Shown one piece after another: positions 1 through 9,962 of a stretch of DNA of 64,000 bases. Source of the stretch: Chitinophaga pinensis (GTDB lineage Bacteria > Bacteroidota > Bacteroidia > UBA4408); contig CAMAVS010000003.1 in NCBI GenBank assembly GCA_945861665.1, positions 273,362 through 337,361 on the forward strand, written 5' to 3'. The position numbers and the translations under genes were made by a program. The notes under the pieces were generated by a model, which saw nothing but the letters and a program-made list of their open reading frames with translations, ran no database searches and was not told where the DNA came from. Every line of letters begins with the position of its first letter. Within the stretch, counting starts at the first letter, position 1.

Positions 1-3000
1 TAACTGGAATCAATATAAGCTGTAATGGTGCTTGTACAGGAGTGGCAACGGCTGTTGCAACAGGAGGAACACCAGGTTATAATTACCTCTGGTTGCCTGG
101 TGGACAAACTACAGGTACAATTTCTAACTTATGTGTTGGAACGTACACTATTACTGTTACTGATTCAAATGGATGTACTTATACCGATTCAGTTATAATA
201 ACGCAAAATCTGCCTATTCTGGCTAACCCTATTGTAACAAATGCGTCATGTGGTGGTAACGATGGTGCAATTACTGTTAATCCAAGCGGTGGAGTAGGGC
301 CATATACTTATTTGTGGGCACCTGGCGGACAAACAACAGCAACTATTTTTAATCTATTAGCCGGAGTTTATACTGTGACTATAACTGATGCATTAGGATG
401 TAGTCAATCATTCCAAATCGCTGTGAGCAATGCGAATGGCCCAACAGTCAATAGTATTTTTACGAATCCTACTTGTAACGCAAGTTGCGATGGCTCTGCT
501 TCGGTGAATGTAGTTGCAGGAAATGCACCCTATACTTATTTATGGATACCCGGTGGCCAAACGGTCACTAATGTGAATGGACTTTGTGCTGGAACTTATA
601 ATGTTCAAGTTACTGATACTTTTGGCTGTATTACATTTATTACCATTGTGCTCACAGATCCTGCAGTTCTTGCCCCTAATCAAACGATTGTTAACGTAAG
701 TTGTTCCGGAGTGTGTACGGGAAGTATAAGTTTAATCCCGACAGGTGGCTCCCCCCCTTACTCTTATTTGTGGGCACCCGGTGGACAAACAACTTCATCC
801 ATAATCAACCAATGTGCGGGCATTTATAATGTTGTTATTACAGATGCTAACAATTGTTCTTTAAACCAAAATTTTACTATAACCGAACCCGCTCCTATAA
901 ATATTATTCTTACTTCAATTAACGTTCAATGTAACGGTGCTTGTAATGGCTCAATAAGTTCAGTAATTACAGGTGGTACTATTCCATACACATATTTGTG
1001 GGCACCTGGCGGACAAGGTATCCCGAATATTTCAAATTTATGTCCCGGAACATACACCATTACTGTAACCGATGTTTTGGGTTGTACCGCAAATCAATTA
1101 GTTACAATTACAGAACCAATTACACTTTCGTCCAGTACTACCCAAACAAATATTACTTGTAATGGAAATTGTGATGGAACAGCAACTGTTACTCCATTAG
1201 GAGGAACAGCACCTTATACTTATTTATGGTCACCTGGTGGTGCTACCACACAAACGATTACAAATTTATGTGCGGGAGTTTATAGTGTAACTGTTACAGA
1301 TGCAAATGGGTGTACCGCAGTTACAACAGCAACTATTACAGAACCAAATGCGATATTACCCAATGTGGTTTCAGTCGATGCACCTTGTAATGGTAGTTGT
1401 AATGGTAACGCAACAGGAACACCTACCGGTGGAACAACACCATATACTTATTTGTGGGCACCCGGAGGACAAACGACAGCCGCTATAAATGGACTTTGTG
1501 TAGGTAATTATACACTTACCGTGACAGATGCCAACGGTTGTATTGGTGCTCAAACAATAACAATTATAGAACCTTTACCACTTAATGCAAATGCAATTGG
1601 TGTTGATCCAACGTGCAGTGGAGGTTGTGATGGAAGTGCAACTGCAACTCCGACAGGAGGAACTGCACCTTATGTTTATTCTTGGAATCCCGGAGGGCAA
1701 AATACAGCCTCAATAAATAATTTATGTGTTGGTACGTACACTGTTAATATTACCGATGCAAACGGATGTACAACGAATCAAATAATTACCTTAAATAATC
1801 CGGTTTCCATCACTGCCATTAGTGCAGGTGCACCTGCTAATTGCGGTGTTTGTGATGGTATATTAAAAGTAATTCCGATAGGAGGTACTGCACCATATAC
1901 CTATGTTTGGTCACCAAATGTTTCGAACACAGATTCTGCTATTAATTTATGTGCAGGTGTTTATACCATTACCATTACAGATGCTTTAGGGTGTGTTGGT
2001 ATTGTAGCAATACCTGTAAATAATTCTTCCGGTCCTACTAGTGAAACAGTTGTACAAACAAACATTTCTTGTTTTGGTTTATGTGATGGTTCTGCTACAG
2101 TTACACCAATAGGTGGTGTTCAACCTTATACTTACTTATGGATTCCTGGCGGACAAACTACAAATTCAAGAATTAATATGTGTGCAGGGGCTTATTTCTT
2201 GCAAGTAACTGATGTGGATGGATGTATCCATTTTTCTCCCGTAACCATAACAACCCCCGATTCTCTTAATCCAAATGCTGCAATTATTAATGCTACTTGT
2301 TCCGGAGTATGCGATGGAAGTATAGCACTTTCACCTGTTGGAGGAACACCTCTTTTTACTTATTTATGGTCTCCGGGTGGTCAAACTACTTCAAATGTTA
2401 GTAATCTTTGTCCAGGGGCATATAGCGTTACTATTACCGATACCAACAATTGTGTGAATACGTTCAATTATACTATCAATTCCAATATTGCGATTAATAT
2501 TGCCATTACTACTGTAATCCCTACTTGTAATGGTGGATGTAATGGCACTGCCACTGTTGTAGCTTCGGGAGGTTCTCCTCCTTATACTTATTTATGGAAC
2601 GATCCATTAGGGCAAACTACAACTACTGCGACTGGTTTGTGTGGAGGTAATTATACTGTAACCATTATAGATGCCAATGGTTGTTTTTCTGTCCAGCTTG
2701 TTACAATTGTCGAGCCTGCTGCTATTTTGGCAAATCCTGCAATCACTGATCCTACTTGTGGATTGTGTGATGGTTTAATAACTGTGATTCCTTCAGGTGG
2801 AACTCCTCCATACACATACAATTGGAGTAATGGTCAAACCACTGCTACGGTTACAAATATTTGTGCCGGAGTATATACTGTTGCAATTACCGATGCAAAT
2901 GGATGTGTTTCAAATGTTAATATACCTGTGAATAATAGTTCCGGTCCAAATTCCGAAACCATTGTTATTACCAATGCTACTTGTAATGGTGTGTGCGATG

Positions 3001-4832
3001 GAACTGCTACCGTAACACCTATAGGTGGTGTTGCTCCATATACTTACTTATGGGTTCCAGGCGGGCAAACAACGAATACTGTTAATGGATTGTGTGCTGG
3101 TACTTATTTTATTCAAATGGTTGACCTAAATGGATGTATTCGTACAACTCCTATTGTTATTGCAGAGCCATCACAAATTATCACCAATCAAGTGGTAGTG
3201 AATGCTACTTGCGGAATGTGTGATGGCAGTATTTCTCTTGCCCCTTCAGGTGGATTAGCACCGTATACCTATGCTTGGTTACCGGGTGGACAAACAACTC
3301 CAAGTTTAATAAATTTATGTGCAGGCTTATATACCGTTACTATTACAGATGCCAATGGTTGTGTTCAAACATATGCTATTCCTATCAGTAATCCGAATTC
3401 TCCTTTAGTAACTTTTTCTACTAATTATGTTAGTTGTGCAGGTTCGTGTGATGGTACGGCACGAGTTATTTCTTTTGGTGGTGTTCCTCCTTATACTTAT
3501 TTGTGGAGCACTGGAGCTACAACAGATAGTATTAGTTCATTGTGTTCCGGTATTTATAGCGTAACTATTTCGGATGCATCAGGTTGCAATAGAGTTGTAA
3601 CTTTAACAATAGAGGAGCCTACAATTCTTGCTTTGAGTTTAACCAACATTATCAATCCATTGTGTAATCGTGATTGCAATGGATCACTAACAGTTGTTCC
3701 TTCCGGTGGAACTTTACCTTACCTGTTTAATTGGGCACCTACAGGTGGTAATGGAGTAACAGCAAGTAATTTGTGTGCCGGTTTATATACAGTAACAGTA
3801 ACAGATGCTAATGGGTGTTCTGTACAAGAAAATGTTACACTACTAGATCCTCTTTTGTTAACGCTTACAAATAATATAGTGTCTTCAAGTTGTAATACTA
3901 TAGCTGATGGTTCCATTGATATTACTGTGGGTGGTGGGGCACTTCCTTATGTATACCAATGGTCGGGGGCATCCAATGCTGTTACCGAAGATTTAAACAA
4001 TGTTTTGTTGGGAACTTATATCATCGAAGTTACCGATGGAAATGGCTGCCAAATAACTGATACCATCATTTTAACTTCAAGTATTTTTGTTGCTGTTAAC
4101 GCTGGGAAAGATACTTCAATTTGTGAACTCAGTTCAGTTATACTTAACGGAACAGATACGGGCGGTGTTACTTTTCAGTGGTTTGCAATACCTACAAATA
4201 CGCCAATTGGTAATGGAACTAAATCAATAACAGTTACACCTCCTTCCGGAGTTAATGGGTATGCTTTTGTTGGCTACAATGGATTATGTTCTGATACTGA
4301 TACTGTAATGATAACAACAACGCCTCTACCTGTTTCAGATGCAGGTACTGACGTTACTATTATTTTTCCACAAAGCGCTGTTTTAAATGGCACAGGAGCC
4401 GATGCCGGTGGAACGTATCATTGGTCTCCTCCTGCAGGTTTAAGTGATACTAATATTTTTAATCCAACTGCTACTCCAACTGAAACAACCACTTATTATT
4501 TAACAGTTACTAATAGTACAGGTTGTAGCTCAACCGATTCGGTTATAGTCACTGTGCTTCCTAAAATTGTATTCCCGAATGGTATTACCCCTAATGGTGA
4601 TGGTGCAAATGATAAATGGATAATTGACGGAATTGAGTATTATAAAAATTGTGTAGTTCAAGTTTACAACCGTTGGGGTGAAAATTTATTTACTTCAGTA
4701 GGATATGTTGAAAAGTGGGACGGAACGTATAAAGGCAAATTGCTGCCGGTAGGAACTTACTATTATGTTATTGACTTACACGATCCAATAAATACGGATA
4801 CGTATACCGGACCTATAACAATCTTGAGATAA
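1..4832 (+). CDS. Giant cell-surface adhesin, 5'-partial. It has about 35 SprB-type repeats and a T9SS type-B (gliding motility-associated) C-terminal sorting domain.
   Basis: The frame is open from base 1, so the listed Met at 42 is internal. An ~80-aa unit (C.G.CDG.A.V.P.GG..PYTYLW.PGGQTT) recurs throughout. The C-terminus (FPNGITPNGDGANDKW...YNRWGE...WDGTY.G...P.GTYYY) matches the type-B CTD. Confidence 0.85.
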   Translation, partial: TGINISCNGACTGVATAVATGGTPGYNYLWLPGGQTTGTISNLCVGTYTITVTDSNGCTYTDSVIITQNLPILANPIVTNASCGGNDGAITVNPSGGVGPYTYLWAPGGQTTATIFNLLAGVYTVTITDALGCSQSFQIAVSNANGPTVNSIFTNPTCNASCDGSASVNVVAGNAPYTYLWIPGGQTVTNVNGLCAGTYNVQVTDTFGCITFITIVLTDPAVLAPNQTIVNVSCSGVCTGSISLIPTGGSPPYSYLWAPGGQTTSSIINQCAGIYNVVITDANNCSLNQNFTITEPAPINIILTSINVQCNGACNGSISSVITGGTIPYTYLWAPGGQGIPNISNLCPGTYTITVTDVLGCTANQLVTITEPITLSSSTTQTNITCNGNCDGTATVTPLGGTAPYTYLWSPGGATTQTITNLCAGVYSVTVTDANGCTAVTTATITEPNAILPNVVSVDAPCNGSCNGNATGTPTGGTTPYTYLWAPGGQTTAAINGLCVGNYTLTVTDANGCIGAQTITIIEPLPLNANAIGVDPTCSGGCDGSATATPTGGTAPYVYSWNPGGQNTASINNLCVGTYTVNITDANGCTTNQIITLNNPVSITAISAGAPANCGVCDGILKVIPIGGTAPYTYVWSPNVSNTDSAINLCAGVYTITITDALGCVGIVAIPVNNSSGPTSETVVQTNISCFGLCDGSATVTPIGGVQPYTYLWIPGGQTTNSRINMCAGAYFLQVTDVDGCIHFSPVTITTPDSLNPNAAIINATCSGVCDGSIALSPVGGTPLFTYLWSPGGQTTSNVSNLCPGAYSVTITDTNNCVNTFNYTINSNIAINIAITTVIPTCNGGCNGTATVVASGGSPPYTYLWNDPLGQTTTTATGLCGGNYTVTIIDANGCFSVQLVTIVEPAAILANPAITDPTCGLCDGLITVIPSGGTPPYTYNWSNGQTTATVTNICAGVYTVAITDANGCVSNVNIPVNNSSGPNSETIVITNATCNGVCDGTATVTPIGGVAPYTYLWVPGGQTTNTVNGLCAGTYFIQMVDLNGCIRTTPIVIAEPSQIITNQVVVNATCGMCDGSISLAPSGGLAPYTYAWLPGGQTTPSLINLCAGLYTVTITDANGCVQTYAIPISNPNSPLVTFSTNYVSCAGSCDGTARVISFGGVPPYTYLWSTGATTDSISSLCSGIYSVTISDASGCNRVVTLTIEEPTILALSLTNIINPLCNRDCNGSLTVVPSGGTLPYLFNWAPTGGNGVTASNLCAGLYTVTVTDANGCSVQENVTLLDPLLLTLTNNIVSSSCNTIADGSIDITVGGGALPYVYQWSGASNAVTEDLNNVLLGTYIIEVTDGNGCQITDTIILTSSIFVAVNAGKDTSICELSSVILNGTDTGGVTFQWFAIPTNTPIGNGTKSITVTPPSGVNGYAFVGYNGLCSDTDTVMITTTPLPVSDAGTDVTIIFPQSAVLNGTGADAGGTYHWSPPAGLSDTNIFNPTATPTETTTYYLTVTNSTGCSSTDSVIVTVLPKIVFPNGITPNGDGANDKWIIDGIEYYKNCVVQVYNRWGENLFTSVGYVEKWDGTYKGKLLPVGTYYYVIDLHDPINTDTYTGPITILR

Positions 4833-4833
4833 G

Positions 4834-5754
4834 TTGAAAGTAAGATACACACATATCGTTTTTTTGATGTTTTTTGCTTTCAGCGTTAGTGCGCAGCAAT
4901 TACCGCAATACAGTCAGTATATGTTTAACAATTATGCGATAAATCCTGCAATTGGTGGTAGTACAAGTTATATTGAGGCTAAATCAAATAACCGTTACCA
5001 ATGGAAAGGCATAACCGATGCTCCAAGAACTTATGTGCTAACCTTGAATGGCCCAACCAAAACAGAAAAAGTAGGTTTGGGTGGAACTTTATTTACTGAC
5101 ATCACAGGTCCGACTAGAAGAACAGGTATATCAGTGTCTTATGCGTATCACTTAAAGCTTAATGAAGAATGGAAATTATCAATGGGGCTTGCGGGAGGTT
5201 TTCTTCAGTTTGCCATTGATGGCTCAAAAATAAAATTGCATGATGAAGGTGATAATGTTATTAGTACCGGTATTCAATCGGTAATTGTTCCTGATTTTGG
5301 TTTTGGTTTATATCTATATAATAAGAAAAGTTATTTTGGTATTTCTGCCCCTCAAATAGCACAAAATAATTTACGCTTTTTCGACTATCAAATAAGTTCG
5401 TTGAGTAAATTGGAGGATCATTATTATGTAACTGCAGGATATAAAATTGATTTGAATGAAGATTTTCAGGTGGAGCCGGGTATTTTGATAAAGTATGTAA
5501 AACCGACACCCGTGCAGTTTGATTTTGGTGGAAAAATTACATACAAACAAAAAGTTTGGTTAGGTTTAAACTACCGAACAAGAGATGCTGCTTCAATTAT
5601 GGCAGGCTACATTTATGATGATTACCTGGTTTTTGCTTATGCATATGACATTACAACCTCAAAGCTAAAGAATTACAGTGGAGGTACTCACGAAATTATG
5701 TTGGGACTTAAATTTTTTAAGAAAAAGGAAACTTCTGCAGCAACGCTTAAATAA
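4834..5754 (+). CDS. PorP/SprF-family T9SS membrane protein, the partner of the upstream type-B CTD adhesin.
   Basis: N-terminal signal peptide followed by the family signature QQLPQYSQYMFNNYAINPAIGG. It starts 2 nt after the adhesin stop. Confidence 0.8.
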   Translation: MKVRYTHIVFLMFFAFSVSAQQLPQYSQYMFNNYAINPAIGGSTSYIEAKSNNRYQWKGITDAPRTYVLTLNGPTKTEKVGLGGTLFTDITGPTRRTGISVSYAYHLKLNEEWKLSMGLAGGFLQFAIDGSKIKLHDEGDNVISTGIQSVIVPDFGFGLYLYNKKSYFGISAPQIAQNNLRFFDYQISSLSKLEDHYYVTAGYKIDLNEDFQVEPGILIKYVKPTPVQFDFGGKITYKQKVWLGLNYRTRDAASIMAGYIYDDYLVFAYAYDITTSKLKNYSGGTHEIMLGLKFFKKKETSAATLK

Positions 5755-6674
5755 TGAGCTTGTTTTTTATCCCATCCCATTGTAGATTTAGTATACTTGT
5801 TCTTTTATTTTTCGTTTCTTTTTTTGTAGAAGCGCAGCCTTTTGTAGATATTATTAGTGTAAGCAATCAACGATTTTCTTCATCGTTGCCTCAAAATAGT
5901 TCTTTAAAATTTGCAACAAGTGATTACTTCGTGAATGTGTTTGTTCCCAAAGAATTTAAAAATGGTAATACATTGCTTGTTAGGGCTGCTTATGAAGATC
6001 TTACTTGTAAGCCTATACCAGTTTCGTCAATTGCAAGTTTAAGGTTTTTTTCAATTTCAGTACCTATAGGCTTTCAGTTTCTTTCTAAGAATAAAAAATG
6101 GAAATCGATCTTTATGGGAATTCCAAAATTGAGCAGCGACTTTAAAGCAGCTTCAACTGATAATTTCCAGGTGGGTGCCGTATCAATATTCACCTATGTA
6201 AAAAACGATAACCTTAAATTCAAATTTGGCCTATATTATAACAAGGAGTTTTTTGGCAATTTTTTTGTGCCTCTAGCTGGAGTTGATTGGAAAGTAAACA
6301 ATAGATTTAGTTTGTATGGAATATTGCCTACTAATTATAAAGCAGAATACAAATTATCAAATAATTTCTACACAGGATTAAACTTTCGTTCCTTTACGCG
6401 TTCGTATCGTTTTAGTGATGGAAATCGGAATGCAAATTATTTGAGATTAGCAGAAAATCAATTGAAGGTTTTTTTAGATATCTATATTGAAAAATTTGTA
6501 ATTTTTATTGAAGGTGGAACATCTTTGGGTTGTACAACTTCTTTGAATGAAGATATTAACTATCAGTCTCAGCCTAATTATCCTTTTACTTCTTTATTCT
6601 CAAAATATAAAGATAACTTTTTGTTAAATATGGGCTTAGCCTATAGAATACGGTTTGATAAAACACAAAAATAA
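5754..6674 (+). CDS. Hypothetical secreted or outer-membrane protein.
   Basis: 306-aa ORF with a signal-peptide-like N-terminus and alternating beta-strand-like composition. Its start overlaps the stop of the sprF-like gene. Confidence 0.45.
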   Translation: MSLFFIPSHCRFSILVLLFFVSFFVEAQPFVDIISVSNQRFSSSLPQNSSLKFATSDYFVNVFVPKEFKNGNTLLVRAAYEDLTCKPIPVSSIASLRFFSISVPIGFQFLSKNKKWKSIFMGIPKLSSDFKAASTDNFQVGAVSIFTYVKNDNLKFKFGLYYNKEFFGNFFVPLAGVDWKVNNRFSLYGILPTNYKAEYKLSNNFYTGLNFRSFTRSYRFSDGNRNANYLRLAENQLKVFLDIYIEKFVIFIEGGTSLGCTTSLNEDINYQSQPNYPFTSLFSKYKDNFLLNMGLAYRIRFDKTQK

Positions 6675-7478
6675 ATGTTTTTTTTTTTAGGGAATTTCTC
6701 AGCAATTTTAATTGGAATTACATTAGGCTTGTTTGGCGCAGGTGGTTCTATTTTATCCATACCGATTATGGTTTATTTAATGGGTATTAATCCATTGTTG
6801 TCCACTTCTTATTCTTTATTTATTGTCGGTTTTTCAAGTATTATTGGTGTTGTAAAATATTATAACCAAAATTTGGTAGATGTTAAGTTGGCAGCTTTAT
6901 TTGGAATACCATCCCTATTAACTGTATTTGCCATTCGGGAGTTTTTATTACCAGCATTACCGAATATATTATTTGAAATAAGGGGGTATATCGTTTCAAA
7001 GGATTTGGCAGTGATGTTAATGTTTTCAGTACTTATGATGATAGCTTCTTTATCTATGATAAGGAGTTACAAGATGCTTAAAAACATTAAGTTAAGTACT
7101 GATAGGGTTCGATATTTACCAACAATAATTCAAGGGTTAATCGTAGGCTTTTTTTCCGGAATTGTGGGTTCTGGTGGAGGTTTTCTCATAATTCCTGCAT
7201 TGGTACTCTTATGCAAACTCCCAATGAAGAAAGCCGTAGGCACTTCTTTATTGATAATTGCAGTAAATTCGATTATTGGTTTTACAATTGATTTGTCTAA
7301 TGATGTTTTTTTCGATTGGAAATTTTTGTTCTCGTTTACTTCCTTTGCTGTTGTGGGAATTGTAATAGGGAATAAACTTACAGCCAAGATTAGCGGAGAT
7401 AAGTTAAGGCCCTTCTTTGGTTGGTTTGTATTGCTAATGGGTATTTATGTTATTTTTAAGGAGTTGATACAATACTAG
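6675..7478 (+). CDS. TauE/SafE-family (DUF81) sulfite/anion exporter-type membrane protein.
   Basis: Two-fold repeat with glycine-rich motifs GAGGSILSIPIMVYLMG and GSGGGFLIIPALVLL; polytopic. Confidence 0.75.
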   Translation: MFFFLGNFSAILIGITLGLFGAGGSILSIPIMVYLMGINPLLSTSYSLFIVGFSSIIGVVKYYNQNLVDVKLAALFGIPSLLTVFAIREFLLPALPNILFEIRGYIVSKDLAVMLMFSVLMMIASLSMIRSYKMLKNIKLSTDRVRYLPTIIQGLIVGFFSGIVGSGGGFLIIPALVLLCKLPMKKAVGTSLLIIAVNSIIGFTIDLSNDVFFDWKFLFSFTSFAVVGIVIGNKLTAKISGDKLRPFFGWFVLLMGIYVIFKELIQY

Positions 7479-7502
7479 GTTTGAATTAGAGTTAAACATT
7501 GT

Positions 7503-8684
7503 ATGCAATCAAATAAACTGAAAGTGTTATTTCTAGCAAGTTGGTATCCTAATCGAAACTGTTTATCACACGGTATATTTATTAAACGACACGCATTGGC
7601 TATTTCCCGAGTAGCCGATGTAATAACGTTGTACATTTGTTCAGATTCAACTATAAAAAACGCATTTTTTGAAATAAAAGAAAGCAATGAAGGTAGTATG
7701 AATGAAATAATCGTTTATTATAAAAAGGTAAATTCATCTATTCCATTATTTTCAGCTTCACTTAAGTTTGTAAGGTTTATTCGTGCTTATTGTAAGGGGT
7801 ATAGAATTGCAGTTACAAAGTATGGGAAACCGAACATCATACATTTGAATGTAATTTTTAATGCAGGTGTTTTTGCTTATTTAATCAGTAAACTGAAAAA
7901 TATTCCATTGGTCATCACCGAGCAGTGGTCGGGTTATTTTCACGAGGATGGAAATTATAAGGGGCTATTTATACCCTTTATTACGCGTTTGTCAGTTAAA
8001 AGAGCAAAGGCCGTCATTGTTGTTTCTGAAAATTTAAGGAATGCGATGCTTTCACACAATTTAAAAAGCAACTATTATGTTATTCCCAATGTTGTAAATA
8101 CAAGCCTTTTTAAACCCTCATTCGATAAAATGGCATTAAGTTCAATCAAAAATATTTTGCACGTATCTACCATCAACGATAAAGAAAAAAATATAAGCGG
8201 TATATTACGTGTTATAAAAAATATTTCATTGTTGCGCAGCGATTTTGTACTGAATATAGTAGGAGAGGGACCAGAAAGATTGCTTTTTGAAAAACAAGCG
8301 GAAGAAATGGGTATCAAGAACAATGTCGTTTTTTTTAAAGGCTATAAGGGTGCTAATGAAGTTGCGAAGATCATGGGAGAAGCTGATTTTTATGTAATGT
8401 TTAGTAATTATGAAACATTTTCTACTGTAATTGTTGAAGCATTGGCGTCAGGAACTCCTGTTGTTTCAACTTCTGTTGGTGTAATGCCATCCATAATGGA
8501 TAAAAATGTAGGGATAATGGTGCAGCCCAAAAATGAACTGGAATTAGAAGCTGCTATTTTAAAAATGTTAGACAACTATAGCAGTTATAACTCGCAAGAC
8601 TTAAGTAAATTCGCAAATAGTTATTTTTCGGAAGACAAAATGGGCGAACAGTTTTTAAACATTTATCAAAGGGTAATCGGATAG
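7503..8684 (+). CDS. Glycosyltransferase family 4 (GT-B fold).
   Basis: C-terminal E(x7)E-type motif FSTVIVEALASGTPVVSTSVG; 393 aa. Confidence 0.75.
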   Translation: MQSNKLKVLFLASWYPNRNCLSHGIFIKRHALAISRVADVITLYICSDSTIKNAFFEIKESNEGSMNEIIVYYKKVNSSIPLFSASLKFVRFIRAYCKGYRIAVTKYGKPNIIHLNVIFNAGVFAYLISKLKNIPLVITEQWSGYFHEDGNYKGLFIPFITRLSVKRAKAVIVVSENLRNAMLSHNLKSNYYVIPNVVNTSLFKPSFDKMALSSIKNILHVSTINDKEKNISGILRVIKNISLLRSDFVLNIVGEGPERLLFEKQAEEMGIKNNVVFFKGYKGANEVAKIMGEADFYVMFSNYETFSTVIVEALASGTPVVSTSVGVMPSIMDKNVGIMVQPKNELELEAAILKMLDNYSSYNSQDLSKFANSYFSEDKMGEQFLNIYQRVIG

Positions 8685-8687
8685 CAG

Positions 8688-9962
8688 ATGTTTAAACAAA
8701 TCGTATCTACAATAGGAGTTAAAGCATTTTCGGCAATTGCCAATTTTAGTATAGTAATTATTACTGCCCAATTTTTTGGAGCAGAGGGGCGAGGATATAT
8801 AAGTTTAATAATAGCTGCAATAACTCTTATATTGATGTTTTCAAATTTTATTGGAGGTTCTACACTTACTTATCTTGTTTCGCGCGAAAACGTATCTAAT
8901 TTAATTTTAACTTCTTATGTATGGATCATAAGTGTAAGTTCGGTAGCCTTCATTGCAGTTAATTATTTTCAACTGTTGGAGCATGATGAAAATACCCATA
9001 TTTTTTTCCTTTCTCTTTTGTTTGCGCTCACTTCAATAAATCAAAACATACTATTAGGCTACCAAAAAATTAAACGCTATAATATTATTACAGTATTACA
9101 ATCGTTTGTACAAATACTTTCACTCATTGTATTTTTGTACATTTTTAAAGAAAAAAACATATCTGTATTTTTAACCTCTCTTTATATTTCATACGGTTTA
9201 GCTTTTTTGATTAGTTGTTTTTTTATAAGAAAGTATCTATTAATATCATTGCGTACCGATATGTTAGAGGTTGCCATTACAGCCTTTAAGTATGGGGCAG
9301 TGGCTCAATTAGCGAACCTGTTTCAATTCATTAGCTATCGTTATGCCTATGTGGCTCTTAATAATCCAAATAACCAAACCGATGTTGGTATTTATTCAAC
9401 TGCAGTCTCTATTTCAGAAGCTGTATGGCTTATTTCTGGGGCAATTTCCCTTGTACAATATTCGAAAATTTCCAACACTAGCGATCCGAAAATTGCTCAG
9501 GAGCTAACCTTAAAACTTTCAAAATTTAGTCTGCTTTTAACGGTTTTGGCAATGGCTTCTTTGCTGTTGTTGCCCGATACATTTTATGTATTTCTTTTTG
9601 GTAAAGATTTTACCGGAGTTAAATCCATTATGTTTACGGTCACACTGGGTATTATTTCATTGGGCTATAGCATTGTATTCAGTCATTATTTTTCTGGATT
9701 GGGCAAGTATTATGTGAATACAATTGTATCCTTTATTGGGATGATAGTAACCATTTTTTTAAGTAAACTATTAATTCCGAAATATGGAATACCGGCAGCA
9801 GGTTGGATTTCAAGTATTACGTATTTTTTGGGTACAATTAGCCTTGTTGTTTATTTTTTATACCAGTCTAAAATAAATGTAAAACGTCTTTTGGTATCAG
9901 GTTCAGATATCGTTGATTTTAAAAGTACTTTAAACAATGTGTGGAATAGCGGGATTAGTTAA
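8688..9962 (+). CDS. Oligosaccharide/polysaccharide flippase (Wzx-like, MOP superfamily).
   Basis: 424 aa with about 12 predicted transmembrane helices, sitting between a glycosyltransferase and asnB-like genes. Confidence 0.65.
   Translation: MFKQIVSTIGVKAFSAIANFSIVIITAQFFGAEGRGYISLIIAAITLILMFSNFIGGSTLTYLVSRENVSNLILTSYVWIISVSSVAFIAVNYFQLLEHDENTHIFFLSLLFALTSINQNILLGYQKIKRYNIITVLQSFVQILSLIVFLYIFKEKNISVFLTSLYISYGLAFLISCFFIRKYLLISLRTDMLEVAITAFKYGAVAQLANLFQFISYRYAYVALNNPNNQTDVGIYSTAVSISEAVWLISGAISLVQYSKISNTSDPKIAQELTLKLSKFSLLLTVLAMASLLLLPDTFYVFLFGKDFTGVKSIMFTVTLGIISLGYSIVFSHYFSGLGKYYVNTIVSFIGMIVTIFLSKLLIPKYGIPAAGWISSITYFLGTISLVVYFLYQSKINVKRLLVSGSDIVDFKSTLNNVWNSGIS

Noticed and set aside
1300-1553. 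Short ORFs on both strands inside the adhesin gene.
   Set aside because: They are embedded in a continuous repeat-rich 4.8-kb ORF with strong periodic protein signal and are alternative-frame artefacts.
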